The notes beneath the pieces are model-generated. The model did no database searches. It was given only the letters and a program-made list of their open reading frames with translations, and was not told the DNA's origin. DNA of 64,000 nucleotides from the human T2T-CHM13v2.0 reference genome, Homo sapiens: the NCBI RefSeq assembly GCF_009914755.1, contig NC_060938.1, one strand, 5' to 3'. A program made the position numbers and the translations under genes. Every line of letters begins with the position of its first letter. The first letter of the stretch is position 1. Positions 11,151 to 21,819 of the stretch are shown in pieces.

Positions 11151-13369
11151 CTGCTGGATGGAGCCCCACCATCCTTCAACGCCCAGTTGACAGCTCATCG
11201 TCCTTGACGCTTCCCCACCCCACCGTGGCCTACTCTGCGCCCCACCACACTTCCCTCTCCCGCCCACAAGGACCTCGGTAATGTCGCCCCTAAAACTGCT
11301 GCGGAACCTGCAGCCGGCTGTGACGCAGAATTGGCATCCCAGCTCGGCCCCTGCACACCCGACGCCCGGAGGGGTGCCTTAGTCCTGAGACTCTCCTGGT
11401 TCTTCTCCCTCTCCAGTGAGGTGAGAAGGTCAATCCGGCCCTGTGGGGTATGTTGAGGGTTAAGTGAGACCCTCGTGCTCATGAAGAGGCCAGGCAGGTC
11501 CTCTGCGAGTGCCACAGCCCCAGGCTTGTGCAGCCAGCTCACGGAGGCCTCCCAGGCCCTGAACACACACAGGACAGGGCTTTCTTGCATTATCACCTGA
11601 GTGACACTGCTAGGGGGCTGCTCTCTGGATGTCACTGCGGCCGGGTGCCGGGACGGCCGGCTGCTTGACTCCAGGACTTAGAGCTTGACTTGGCCTTTTA
11701 AGCCTCTGTCTCAGTGCCCTCGGGTCCCTTCCGCCCCCTCTGTGGCTCACCTACCTGTCCCTCGGCCTCTGGGGTGGGCTGGCAGGGCTTGTTCTGGGAC
11801 CCAGGTGGGGTGGCAGCAGTGGCTGTCATGGTGCAGCACCAGCTTCCCGGAGTGCCCGGTCTGGGGATCCCCAGCGAAGGCACCGAAGCTCTCTTCTTGG
11901 CTCCCGGGCCTGTGAGGCCCAGCCAGCTCCACCCCAGCCCCTCCCACCCCAAGCCTCACAAGGAACCCCCACCTGGCAGCTCAAGCCCAGCCCCCTTTCC
12001 TGGGGTCCTGGGAGTTCCCACCACCACCTTGTGGCAATCAAGGGTAATGTGTGGACTGCTGGGCCCTTGGTCCCTGTCAGGGTCACTCAGAGAGGCCCGG
12101 GTGGACATGAAAGTTCAAGTCTAAGCCGCATCCAAGCCAAGACTCAGGAACAAGCAGGGACCCTGGCTGTAGCGCCCCCAACTCAGGAGCAGCTCTCCGG
12201 CTTCTCATTCCCCTGGCTCTTTCTGGCTGAGGGGGCTTCTCTGTGTAACTCGGCCAGGTCCTCTTTCCAGCCTTTTTATTCTTCCTGCAGTCAGAGGCAG
12301 GGGCAGAGGGGGCCTCTGGTGCCAGCTCTGAGGCCTCTCTTGAAGCCCAGCCTGAAGGTGGCTGACCCCACCCGCTGCCACCCCCACCCTGAGATGGGGG
12401 CTTAGCGCCTTTGTCTTGGTGGCTTGCCCTGCTGGGACCCCTTCCTCTAATCTCAGAATGGCCGACCCCTCGCCTCCCTCACGGCGCCATTTCAGAGCTA
12501 CATTCTCAGGCAGACCCCCGACCTGGCGCTCCTAGTTCGCCCACCCACCTGTGCTGCGTGTTCCCAGGCGTCCGCCACCTGCAGCAGGCCACCCGGTCAC
12601 GTCTCCCTCCTGGCGCGCTTTCATCCTCGAGCCCCTTCTGGCCCCATCCTCCAGCTCCCGCCGTGTTGCTCAGAGCAGCTCACGGTGGGCACGCGGCGAC
12701 TCTGAGGAATGGGCGTTCCCACAGCTCCCCGGCTTCCGTGACGGCCACGACCGGCTCTGCAGGGCAAGCTGGCCTCTGCAATCACCGCGCAGCGGCCCCT
12801 CACAAGTAGCATTTTTGCACTTGGCAGTCTACACGCTTTTTCATTTTAAAAGGAGTTTGTCCCTGGTGTTTGAGAAATATGCCCAAGAACACAGCCCTTC
12901 TCAGAGAGTCTGGATTCTAACAAGGAAAGCTCTTGGTTACACAGGGGAGTCCACGGTGGTGCAATGTCGGCTGAGGCATGGCCAGCGCAGGGCAGGAGCT
13001 GGGGGACTGGCGCCTCTGAGGACAGGGAGACACTCATCGGAGCAGCAGCACGCTGCTTGCACCTATAGAGGCCGCGGGCTCGGCAGAGCTGCCCTCACGA
13101 TACTGGTGATTTCGGGAGCTCTCTCTAGAGGGCCGGGAGATACTGCAGCCTCAGAAGTGGCTGCCAGGAGTGGCTCTGGCAGATTTAGACGGTGATTTAG
13201 TCGGTGATCCTGCTGCCGTCCGTGTTCATTCTCCAGCAGAAGCCACACCTCACTCTCTCCTTAGAGCGAGGGAGAGATATGCTCAATTAAGCTGGGGGCA
13301 AATGGCGTCTGCACAGCCAGATCCAGGGGCCAGGAGGATGGGGGACTGCCCGGGAGGAGTCTCCACGCC

Positions 13370-13730
13370 ATGTGAGTCAATCAGGGAACCCTAATTGGAA
13401 AGCAGTAATAAAAAGTAATTGAGTTTAATACATAATTTAGATCGTTACCCGTTAAGCTAATGCCTCCCGCTTAGGTGTGGGGAGAAAATTATTTATCTCG
13501 TAGACGGGGAAGATTTCATTTGTTTTTATAATGGAATGCTCGCCAATTGACTTTAATAAGAGCAGTTTGTTAAATCAGATTTTGAATTGGTGCATAGATT
13601 TGAAGTTCATATGTTAATATTTGACATGATATACTTAGCGCCTCCCTTCTCCCCTTAAAGTGGCTGGATTTATTCTCCCGTGAGGCTGTGCGCTCATTGT
13701 TGTCCTACATTATGGAAATTAAATCGGTTC
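13370..13730. promoter_or_regulatory. Candidate conserved non-coding enhancer 2
   Basis: AT-rich unique island; AP-1 TGAGTCA at 13373, CTAATTG at 13391, GTAATAAAA at 13405, TAATTG at 13416, Sox CATTGTT at 13695. Confidence 0.6.
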
Positions 13731-14119
13731 TCTCTGGTGTCTTGATGGGAGGCAATTTGGCTCCTGACTTCTACCTTTTTTTTTTTTTTTAAATTAAAAA
13801 AGGGACATTAAAGAGTCTCTGCTTGCTTCTTTGCAGGGCCTTTTTCCTCTTGAAAACAGTCCCAGGGCTGCAAACAAATGCTTTGCTTAAATACCAGAAA
13901 GGAACTTACTAACAACTCCTTACTTGGGTCCAGCCATCTGCCATTCCTTAGCCGTTTGATTTTCTCAGCAATCCTATGAAGTCAAGCGGCCACTAGGAAC
14001 CCGGCTCCTGCGTGTGCACATCGAGGCCTGGGGCCTGGTCCCCACCCGTAGGTGGGCGCCAGCCTGGCAGTGGAGACCAGGCTTTTCACACCCGCAAGGC
14101 AGGGCCGCCTGGGCCTGGA

Positions 14120-14290
14120 CCCAAGCTCCTCTGGCCAGCCTATTGATGGAGACTCTGGGACTCAGTTTCCCTATCAACAGAAGAGGGATAAGATACTGAG
14201 TACCTCAGAGGGGATTTTAGGATGGAAGGAGGTGCTGCCTGCCCGGGGCACGGAACACAGCCAGTACCAAGAGCTTAACTGTGAGCACTG
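14120..14290 (+). mobile_element. MIR SINE fragment
   Basis: Core CTCAGTTTCCCTATCAACAGAAGAGGGATAAGAT..TACCTCAGAGGG..AGGAT. Confidence 0.65.
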
Positions 14291-15497
14291 CAACTACCCC
14301 AGTGGAGTGGCTCCCGGACCCCTCCCCAAACCAGCTCCCCCGACCCCAACAGCCGTACCACGAGGCAGATAGCATCTGACCGAGAGGGCCCCACCCTCAC
14401 ATCTGCCTCTCACCAGCTGTGGGGCCTCAGGTGGGCGTCCCTGTGCTCCAGGCCTCAGCATCCTCGGCTATGAAACAGGCTGCTGAGGCCTCCCTAGGGC
14501 ACCCAGTGTCCCTGTCAAGGGCAGAGGGGATCTTGCTGACAGGCTACAGGAGACCACCCCAGGAGCCAGGGGTTTGCACGGTCTCCTCTCGGGGCAGCCG
14601 TCCAGGCAGAACCTCAGCCCCCAGATGGCAGGATCGGGGCGAAAGCTAAGTCATCAGGACCCCAGGTCTGGAGGCCGTCCCTGCCCGGTTCCTGCAGCAG
14701 CCTCAGTGGCAGGTGCTGGGGAAAGCCCTAGTGCCGGCAGCCTTTACCTCGGGTCCCCCTGGACTCCCAACCCCTCCAGCTCCAGCCTCTGTGTCCCACA
14801 GAGACCCCCCAGCGCATTGCAGAGAGAGCTTTCCACAGCCCCAGCTGCACCCCCACTTCCAACTTGCCTCTGGAAACAGCCATGAATGGCAGGGGAGGGC
14901 ACCAGAAGGAAGGCCTTTAGGGAGAACGAACACAGGTCTCCACTCTCAGAAACAGGAGTCTCCACAGAGCCCCCAAGGGACCCTGGGACACCCTGGAAGT
15001 GTCCACTGCACACTGGAGCCACCTCAAGAGCCATGGGGCTTGGAGCCCCACGGTCCTGGAGAAGCTCTCCCCGGTGGAACATCGGAATAAATGTGTGTAG
15101 CTGTGAAACCCCACTTTACATAAAATCAGAAAGAAAGCCTGTGTAAAACAGATTTCTAAGTACCCAAGGCCTGAGACACAAGCCTCTCCTGCTGAGCACC
15201 TGTGCAGCCTCTTCCTGCCCTTCTCGCCTCCAAGCCGGCGCAGCTCCTTCTAAAACACCTTGGTGCACCCAGGGTGCCCAGAGGAAGGTGGGAGCCCATG
15301 GCAGCCATGTGGACGGGAGCGAGCCCCTCCACCAGCATGCTGGGAGGCAGACGGTCGGGGAAGGGGTGCCCTGCCACTCTGCTGCGGAAGAATCTGTTGC
15401 CGTGGAAGCATCCAGAGCAACAAGGAGGAGATGACTTTGTACCCCAGGAAGTGGGGCTCTCTGCCCAGGGACGAGTGAGCTCATGTGCAAGGAGGGC

Positions 15498-15835
15498 CCT
15501 TAGGACTGAGGCACCTGGGGTGGGGGTGCCAATCCCGGTCCTGCCCCCAAGGGCACTCGGCATGGATGCCCTCAGCAAACTCTCCTCAAGACCAGGCACA
15601 GGGCGAGGCACCTTAGGACTGAGGCACCTGGGGTGGGGGTGCCAATCCCGGTCCTGCCCCCAAGGGCACTCGGCATGGATGCCCTCAGCAAACTCTCCTC
15701 AAGACCAGGCACAGGGCGAGGCACCTTAGGACTGAGGCACCTGGGGTGGGGTGCAAATCCCGGTCCTGCCCCTAAGGGCACTCGGCATGGATGCCCTCAG
15801 CAAACTCTCCTCAAGACCAGGCACAGGGCAAGGCA
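15498..15835. repeat. 113-bp tandem repeat, 3 near-identical copies (probable VNTR)
   Basis: The unit CCTTAGGACTGAGGCACC...GGCACAGGGCGAGGCA starts at 15498, 15611 and 15724. Copies 1 and 2 appear identical; copy 3 has a few differences. Confidence 0.96.
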
Positions 15836-16709
15836 GGGCCTGTCCTGGAGCTCCCAGGCTGGGCAGTAGGGACGGCCAGGGCGAGGGGCCCTGGTGTGAA
15901 AGTCCAGGTGGGAACCGCCCTAATCGCTCCCCCGTCCCAGACCTGAAGCTGCCCCTGGGGCTGAGGAGCCTCACTCTGTCCCTGGGCCAGGGTCCTGGGC
16001 TCCCCCGCCTGTGGAGCAAGAGCCGCAGGGCAGGGATGGGCAAGCACCAGCACCCACGGCTGCGGCCGCAGTCCAGCCACCTCAGAGTCCCCAGGCCTTC
16101 ACCCAGCCTCGCAAGCCCCGTTGCCCACACCTGGGTTCATGGATTTGAGCCAAGCTCACCCATCTGCCCAGTGGCTTTGGATTTGAGAGCGTCCATGGCT
16201 CCCCCTACGCCCAAGCCATGCCTCATAGTCCCCTGGGGTGGGCTGAAGGTCTCTGATGGAAACCTGCTCTCACTGTATGGAGCACAGGCCCTGGCCCACT
16301 GAGACACCCAAACAGAGTCACTCAGTGGTTCAGAAACAGGGTGGGCAGGACTCCCAGGTGCAGGGGCAGTGGGGATTCTGAGCCCTCCGGGAAGGGGTGT
16401 TGGAATCATTAGAGTGAATGAGGGAGGGGATTGTGTGGTTGTTGGAGGGCAGCCACCCAGCAGGACTTTCTAGGAGGAGGAAACAGTTTCTTTCTTGGCT
16501 CCCCGTATGGTGCCACATGGGCCATGTGCACCTGGCGCGTGGCTGGCACCCAGCGTCAGTTCCTTTCATTCACTTCCCTTTAAGCAGCTCCGTGGACGAG
16601 CAGCCACTGTCCTGGACTCACACAAAGTCTCAGCCGGCGTGTGAAAGCCTGGGGGGAGCTCAGCCCCTCCACTCAGAGGCGGCGGCCGTGGCCACTGCCC
16701 CGAACAAAA

Positions 16710-17190
16710 GGAAGAGCTTGTTTACAAATTGTCCATTGAAAATTGAGTTGCAAACATCGGCATCAGGCCTCGCCTGCCAGGCCACCCGGATTGGAGAGTA
16801 ATTTATGAAGATTGCTTTACCTGGGGCCGTGCTGGTCTGTGCCTGCAAGTAATTCACACCAGGCTCATTTTGGATGCAGTCAAAGACCCCCGTATTTCAC
16901 GGTGACAACGTAATCACAGAACCACATTAAAAAGTCATTATTGTTTAGAATCCAGCTTGGTTTGAAAAACTCTTACTATAAAATTCAACAGCCTTTGTAA
17001 ATTACCGAAAGGTTTACTCAAGAATCCTAGGTGCCGTGATTTAGACCGGGAAGTTACCACTTTATTGATTCTGTGGGATTTTGTTGGTCCCCGCATTTAT
17101 AAGGAATGATTAGTGAGTGATCAGAGTAATAAACTCCTCTGTGCTGGTTCATAAATAATGATGAATTGAGTTTGCATCCTCAAATTTCTC
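16710..17190. promoter_or_regulatory. Candidate conserved non-coding enhancer 3
   Basis: Forkhead TGTTTAC at 16719, TAATTTATG at 16799, TTTATTG at 17061, GTAATAAA at 17126, CATAAA at 17150; unique AT-rich sequence with retained CpGs. Confidence 0.6.
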
Positions 17191-18164
17191 ATGCAAACCA
17201 CTCCTATTCCGAAGAGTCCCAGATGCAACTTTGGGGCAGTGTGGCCGTTAGCCCCCACGGGGACAGAACACAGGGGGATCTGGCTTCTCCGCTTGCCTCT
17301 TCATAGGATCCCAGCAGGCCTGGCCACTGCATCCCAGGATAGCAGCCGTGGAGCCGGACTCCATTTCCCCCCAGCTCGAGGGGTGCTGGGGGCCACTGGC
17401 AGAGCTCCTGCAGATGCAGATGCTCCTCTGCCTCCATCATGGCAGTCCAGGGAGCAGATGTGTGTCTGCACAAGCCCTCGTCACTCACACATGGTTGAAC
17501 AGGCAGGACGTGGCCAATTCCTTGTCAGTTTTGTCCTGAGAGGCAGAAAGCTTGCCCCTGGCGGCCTTGAAATGAGGGGCTCATTTGGGGCTCCTGAAAG
17601 CTGAAACTCCAACCCAGGAAGTGCCCCAGAGCCAGGCAATCCTGACACACTCACTCTCCTTCCACACTGGGAGACAGCAGCTCTGCTCTGCCCACCGGCC
17701 CAGCTGGCTTCCAGCCAGGTTCTGCCCTCTGAGGCCCTGAAACTACACTTGTCCCTTTTTAGAAGTTGTCAATGCCCACCAGTGCCCAGGAGACTCTAGG
17801 AAGGACTGCAGTGAAATGCTCAATGTGTTTAATCCATGTTTCCCACTGGCCCAGCCATGCCTTTGACCCACAGGACAGCAGCCATGGGTGTGCTTGGGAA
17901 AACCACCATGATGGGTCCAGGCAAGAGCACCAGCCTGAGCATGGGTCACGCTAACGTGGGTGGCTCAATTAAGGAACAGGGATGGACTTCTTGTTCTGTG
18001 GCCCCCACACGCTCCTGCTTCATCCGGTGGCCATTTCTGGGTGAGGCCTGTTCCCCCACATCTCCGCAGTGGGTCCCTCTGCCCAGGCTGCTGCCAGCTC
18101 CCACCTCCCTCGGTGCCCAGCGTGAGGCTGGGGCACAGTGGAAGGTCTGTGAACCTGTATTAAG

Positions 18165-18310
18165 CAAAATAGAAACTAAATGTGGACTTGAACTGGACTG
18201 AAATGAAATTGAGTTAGACTGAATGAAAATGGATTGGAATGGAATGGAATTCGGATTTGAACTGAATGGAATTGAATTGGAAGTGGACTAAAATGGAATT
18301 GAACTCTAAT
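18165..18310. repeat. Degenerate (GAATG/GGAAT)n pentamer simple repeat
   Basis: GGATTGGAATGGAATGGAATT..GAATGGAATTGAATTGGAA with 5-bp periodicity. Confidence 0.8.
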
Positions 18311-18879
18311 CTAAACACCAGTCAGGCAGGAGAGATGGACGGGCTGAGCCAGGGGAGCTGCCCTCACCCCACCTGCCCCCTGCCCTGGGGAACCCTCTGG
18401 TCAATACTGCTAATAGGAACTGAAAATTAAAGAAAATGATGCTGATGGATTTCCTTTAATATGCACAGACGCAGCTCAAAGAGAGTGTTTCTGGAAAAGC
18501 AGTAACAGAGCCTGCAGAGGTCACGAGGCACCTGGACCAAACCCTGAGATGCTCCCAGGAACAGCACTTGAGTTGTGCAGTTTAAATTCGAAGCGCTGTC
18601 CACCTTCAGCAAGCACCTGAGCCACAGAAGAGGCCCCCAGAAGCCGTCTCCAGCAGACAGGAATGAGGAGGCACTGCACACGGGCAGGGTGCATGCGGGC
18701 CTGCAGTCTGAGGAACACACCTGACGTGGGGCAGCAAGGATTTTCCACCACAGGGTCACTCTGTCTGTTCAGGGTCCCAAGGGCACCGAGAACACCAAAG
18801 ACTTCAAGGGCCTGACATCAAACACTGCTCTAAGGGGTGAGCAGACACCTGCCAGGAGCAGAGGGAGGGCCCCCTGGAG

Positions 18880-19040
18880 AGCAAGAGGACTCAGCCTTCC
18901 AGCACTGGCCGAGACGTGGAGCTGCGAGGTCACTCACCAAATAACACAACAGCCTCTAGAAGTGGGAACGGCCCTAAGCTGACAGCAGCAAGAACACAGA
19001 GACCTCAGTCCTGCAACCTTAAAGAACTCAGTCCTGGTCA
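18880..19040 (+). mobile_element. MLT1 (MaLR) LTR fragment
   Basis: CAGCCTCTAGAAG..GCTGACAGCAGCAAGAA..GACCTCAGTCCTGCAACC..AAGAACT. Confidence 0.6.
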
Positions 19041-20404
19041 CAGCCCTTGTCACCAGTGGGATCTGGTCTTATTTTTACAGGAAATAAACATGGTCTATGA
19101 GAATGTTACCAGGTCCATGCCCTTCACCCAGCACCCTTCGGCCTGCTTCTCCTGCACATGAGAACATTGTTTTAATCAGCACCACACCATCAGCATGTTC
19201 GGGAGACTTACAGGACCCCATTCTGGCATCTCTCAGGGCATGGTGTTGGTCAAGAAGGTGTTTCCGGAGCAAAGCGTGCCCTGCTGACCCCCAGGCAGGT
19301 GGCATTCTCTGCTTCAGGGACTGTCTTCATTCTCCTGTGTCTTTCGGGCTGGATGGGCGGTCCAATGTCCACTCCACATTTCCCCAATTTCAAGTTCTTT
19401 CCTGCATTGAGGGGGAGAAGCCAGGAAGGACCCCCAGGCCCTGTCCCCTAGATGGCTCCAGTGAGGTTGGCAACAGGAGGAGTAAGGTGAAATTTGGAAG
19501 GTGGCGGGGGGACCCAGGGCCTTTTCACCAGCTGGTGGCTTCTCCGGCTTTTCCACCCACTCCCCCGTCACCACTACTGATGGCGACTCGAGATTTGTGG
19601 TAGTTTCCTGGGTAACCCCTGAGGACCCCTGCCATAGTGATTCAGGCTGGGCCCATCTGGGCTTTCTTTCCAGCCCCTCCTACCTCACCTCCCTGTGCTG
19701 GACCCTCTGCTCTACTGCTTGGAGCCCTCCATTTCCCAGCCCCACCCAAACCCATCCATGCTTGAATTCTTTTCTGCTCTATTTCTTGTTGTTCTTCTTT
19801 CATTTTTCTTTTTCTTTTCTTTGGAGGCAGAAACAAAAAGATCCCTCTTCTCCCTAAATGCCTGTATCTCTACTCTCCTCCGCTTTCTCTGTGGCTCAGA
19901 GGCCACTCCATGGCATAAGGTTGCCATTCTGATGTTTCCCAAAGCTTGAGGCTGCCTTTCCTGGCTGGGCTTCCCACTCCCCAGGAAGCTCACTCTCTAC
20001 CCATGGCTCCCCCACATGTCTGGGTGGCCCTGACGTCCTTGCTCCAATACCCATGGAGATCACCTTTTCTAGCTCTGGCGAGAGCTCCAGGTCCACACCT
20101 TGGCTGGAGCGGACCGGAGCCTCCTCTCAACCCCCAGCCAAGTGGGCACCTTTCTCTTTCCAGACCTGCCAAGCCCCCCGCAGCCAGTGCTGCATCGGCC
20201 ACTCCCACTGCCAGCAACAAGCTGGGCAGGCTCTGAGCACCGCCCCTGCTGCCCCGGGTCCTGGGTCCACCCCTACAGAGCAAGCCCACCCGTCCAGTCC
20301 CCACCGTACCACCAGGCACAGCCCTCCACAGCCCTCAGCAGCACAATCTGAAAGCTTCTGGATTTGCTCTTCCTGGCTGTTTGCCTCTCTCCCCATGGGG
20401 AGGC

Positions 20405-21569
20405 TATCAGGGGAACCCACCCCCAATATTTCAACGTAGGTTCTTTCTATTTTCCCTACGTTTTGGCTGGCTGAGAAATAAAAAGAAAGAGTACAAAGAG
20501 AGGAATTTTACAGCTGGGCCTCTGGGGGTGACATCACATATCGGTAGGACCATGATGTCCTCCTGAGCTGCAAAGGTTTTTATTAAGGACTTTCAAAGGG
20601 GAGGGGGTGTACGAACAGGGAGTAGGTAACAAAGATCACATGCATCAAAGGGCAAAAAGGAGAACAAAGATCACATGCTTCTGAGGCCAATAAAGATCAC
20701 GAGGCAAAGGGTAAAGCAAAGATCACAAGGCAAAGAGCGAAATCAAAATCTCCTGATAAGGGTCGATGTTCAGCTGTGCACGTATTGTCTTGATAAACAT
20801 CTTAAACAACAGAAAACAGGATTCGAGAGCAGAGAACCAGTCTGACCTCAAATTCACCAGGGTGGGTTTTTTCCCCCACCCTACTAAGCCTGAGGGTACT
20901 GCAGGAGACCAGGGCATATTTCAGTCCTTATCTCAACTGCATAAGACAGATACTCCCAGAGCGGCCGTTTATAGACCTCCCCCCAGGAATGCATTCCTTT
21001 CCCAGGGTCTTAATTATTAATATTCCTTGCTAGGAAAAGAATTCAGCGATATCTTCCCTACTTGCATGTCCGTTTGTAGGCTCTTATAGGCTCTCTGCAA
21101 GAAGAAAAATATGGCTCTATTCTGCCTGACCCCGCAGGCAGTCAGACCTTATGGTTGTCTTCCTTTGTTCCCCAAAATCGCTGTCATTCTGTTCTTTTTC
21201 AAGGTGCACTGATTTCATATTGTTCAAACACACATGTTTTACAATCAATTTGTATAGTTTAACACAATAGTGGTCCTGAGGTGACGTACATTCTCAGTTT
21301 ACCAAGATAACAGGATTAAGAGATTAAAGTAAAGACAGGCACAAGAAATAAAAGTATTAATTTTGGGAACTGATAAATGTCCATATTAAAATGAAATCTT
21401 TACAATTTATGTTCAGAGATTGCAGTAAAGACAGGCGTAAGAAATTTATAAAAGTATCAATTTTGGAAACTGATATATGTCCATATTAAAATGAAATCTG
21501 CACAATTTATATTCCTTTGCCACAGCTCCAGCCAGTCCCTCCATTCAGGGTCCCTGACTTTCTGCAACA
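20405..21569 (-). mobile_element. MER11 solo LTR (HERV-K11/HML-8)
   Basis: The reverse complement starts TGTTGCAGAAAGTCAGGGACCCTGAATGGAGGGAC and ends TGAAATATTGGGGGTGGGTTCCCCTGATA; internal ~96-bp duplication at 21329-21510. Confidence 0.92.
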
Positions 21570-21819
21570 GACACAACTCTCTGAGTCCCCAGGACCTGAC
21601 TCTCACAGTGCTCAGTGATTATTTGTTGAATGAATAAATGTCCTTGACACCACCTCCAGCAGTCTCCCCTGCTTGCTTCTGAGACGGTTTCTCTCTTTCA
21701 CACCTGTCCTGACTCCACTGGCTCGCTTTCCCACCCTATTCTGCGACCCTAGCATCTTTCGTTTTCTTGTATTTCTTCTTAGGTTTTGTTTTTCTTCATG
21801 ATCTGTGTTCTTTGCTCCA

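Noticed and set aside
10170-11281. His/Thr-rich and Val/Cys-rich ORFs
   Set aside because: Artefacts of the (CA)n/(TG)n tract; the same applies to 56471-56953.
15498-15835. Possible CRISPR-like array
   Set aside because: Head-to-tail units with no unique spacers, no cas genes, and a primate context. The 24-bp array at 37581-38298 is rejected for the same reasons.
18165-18310. HSATII/III satellite block
   Set aside because: Only about 145 bp and degenerate; better described as a simple pentamer repeat.
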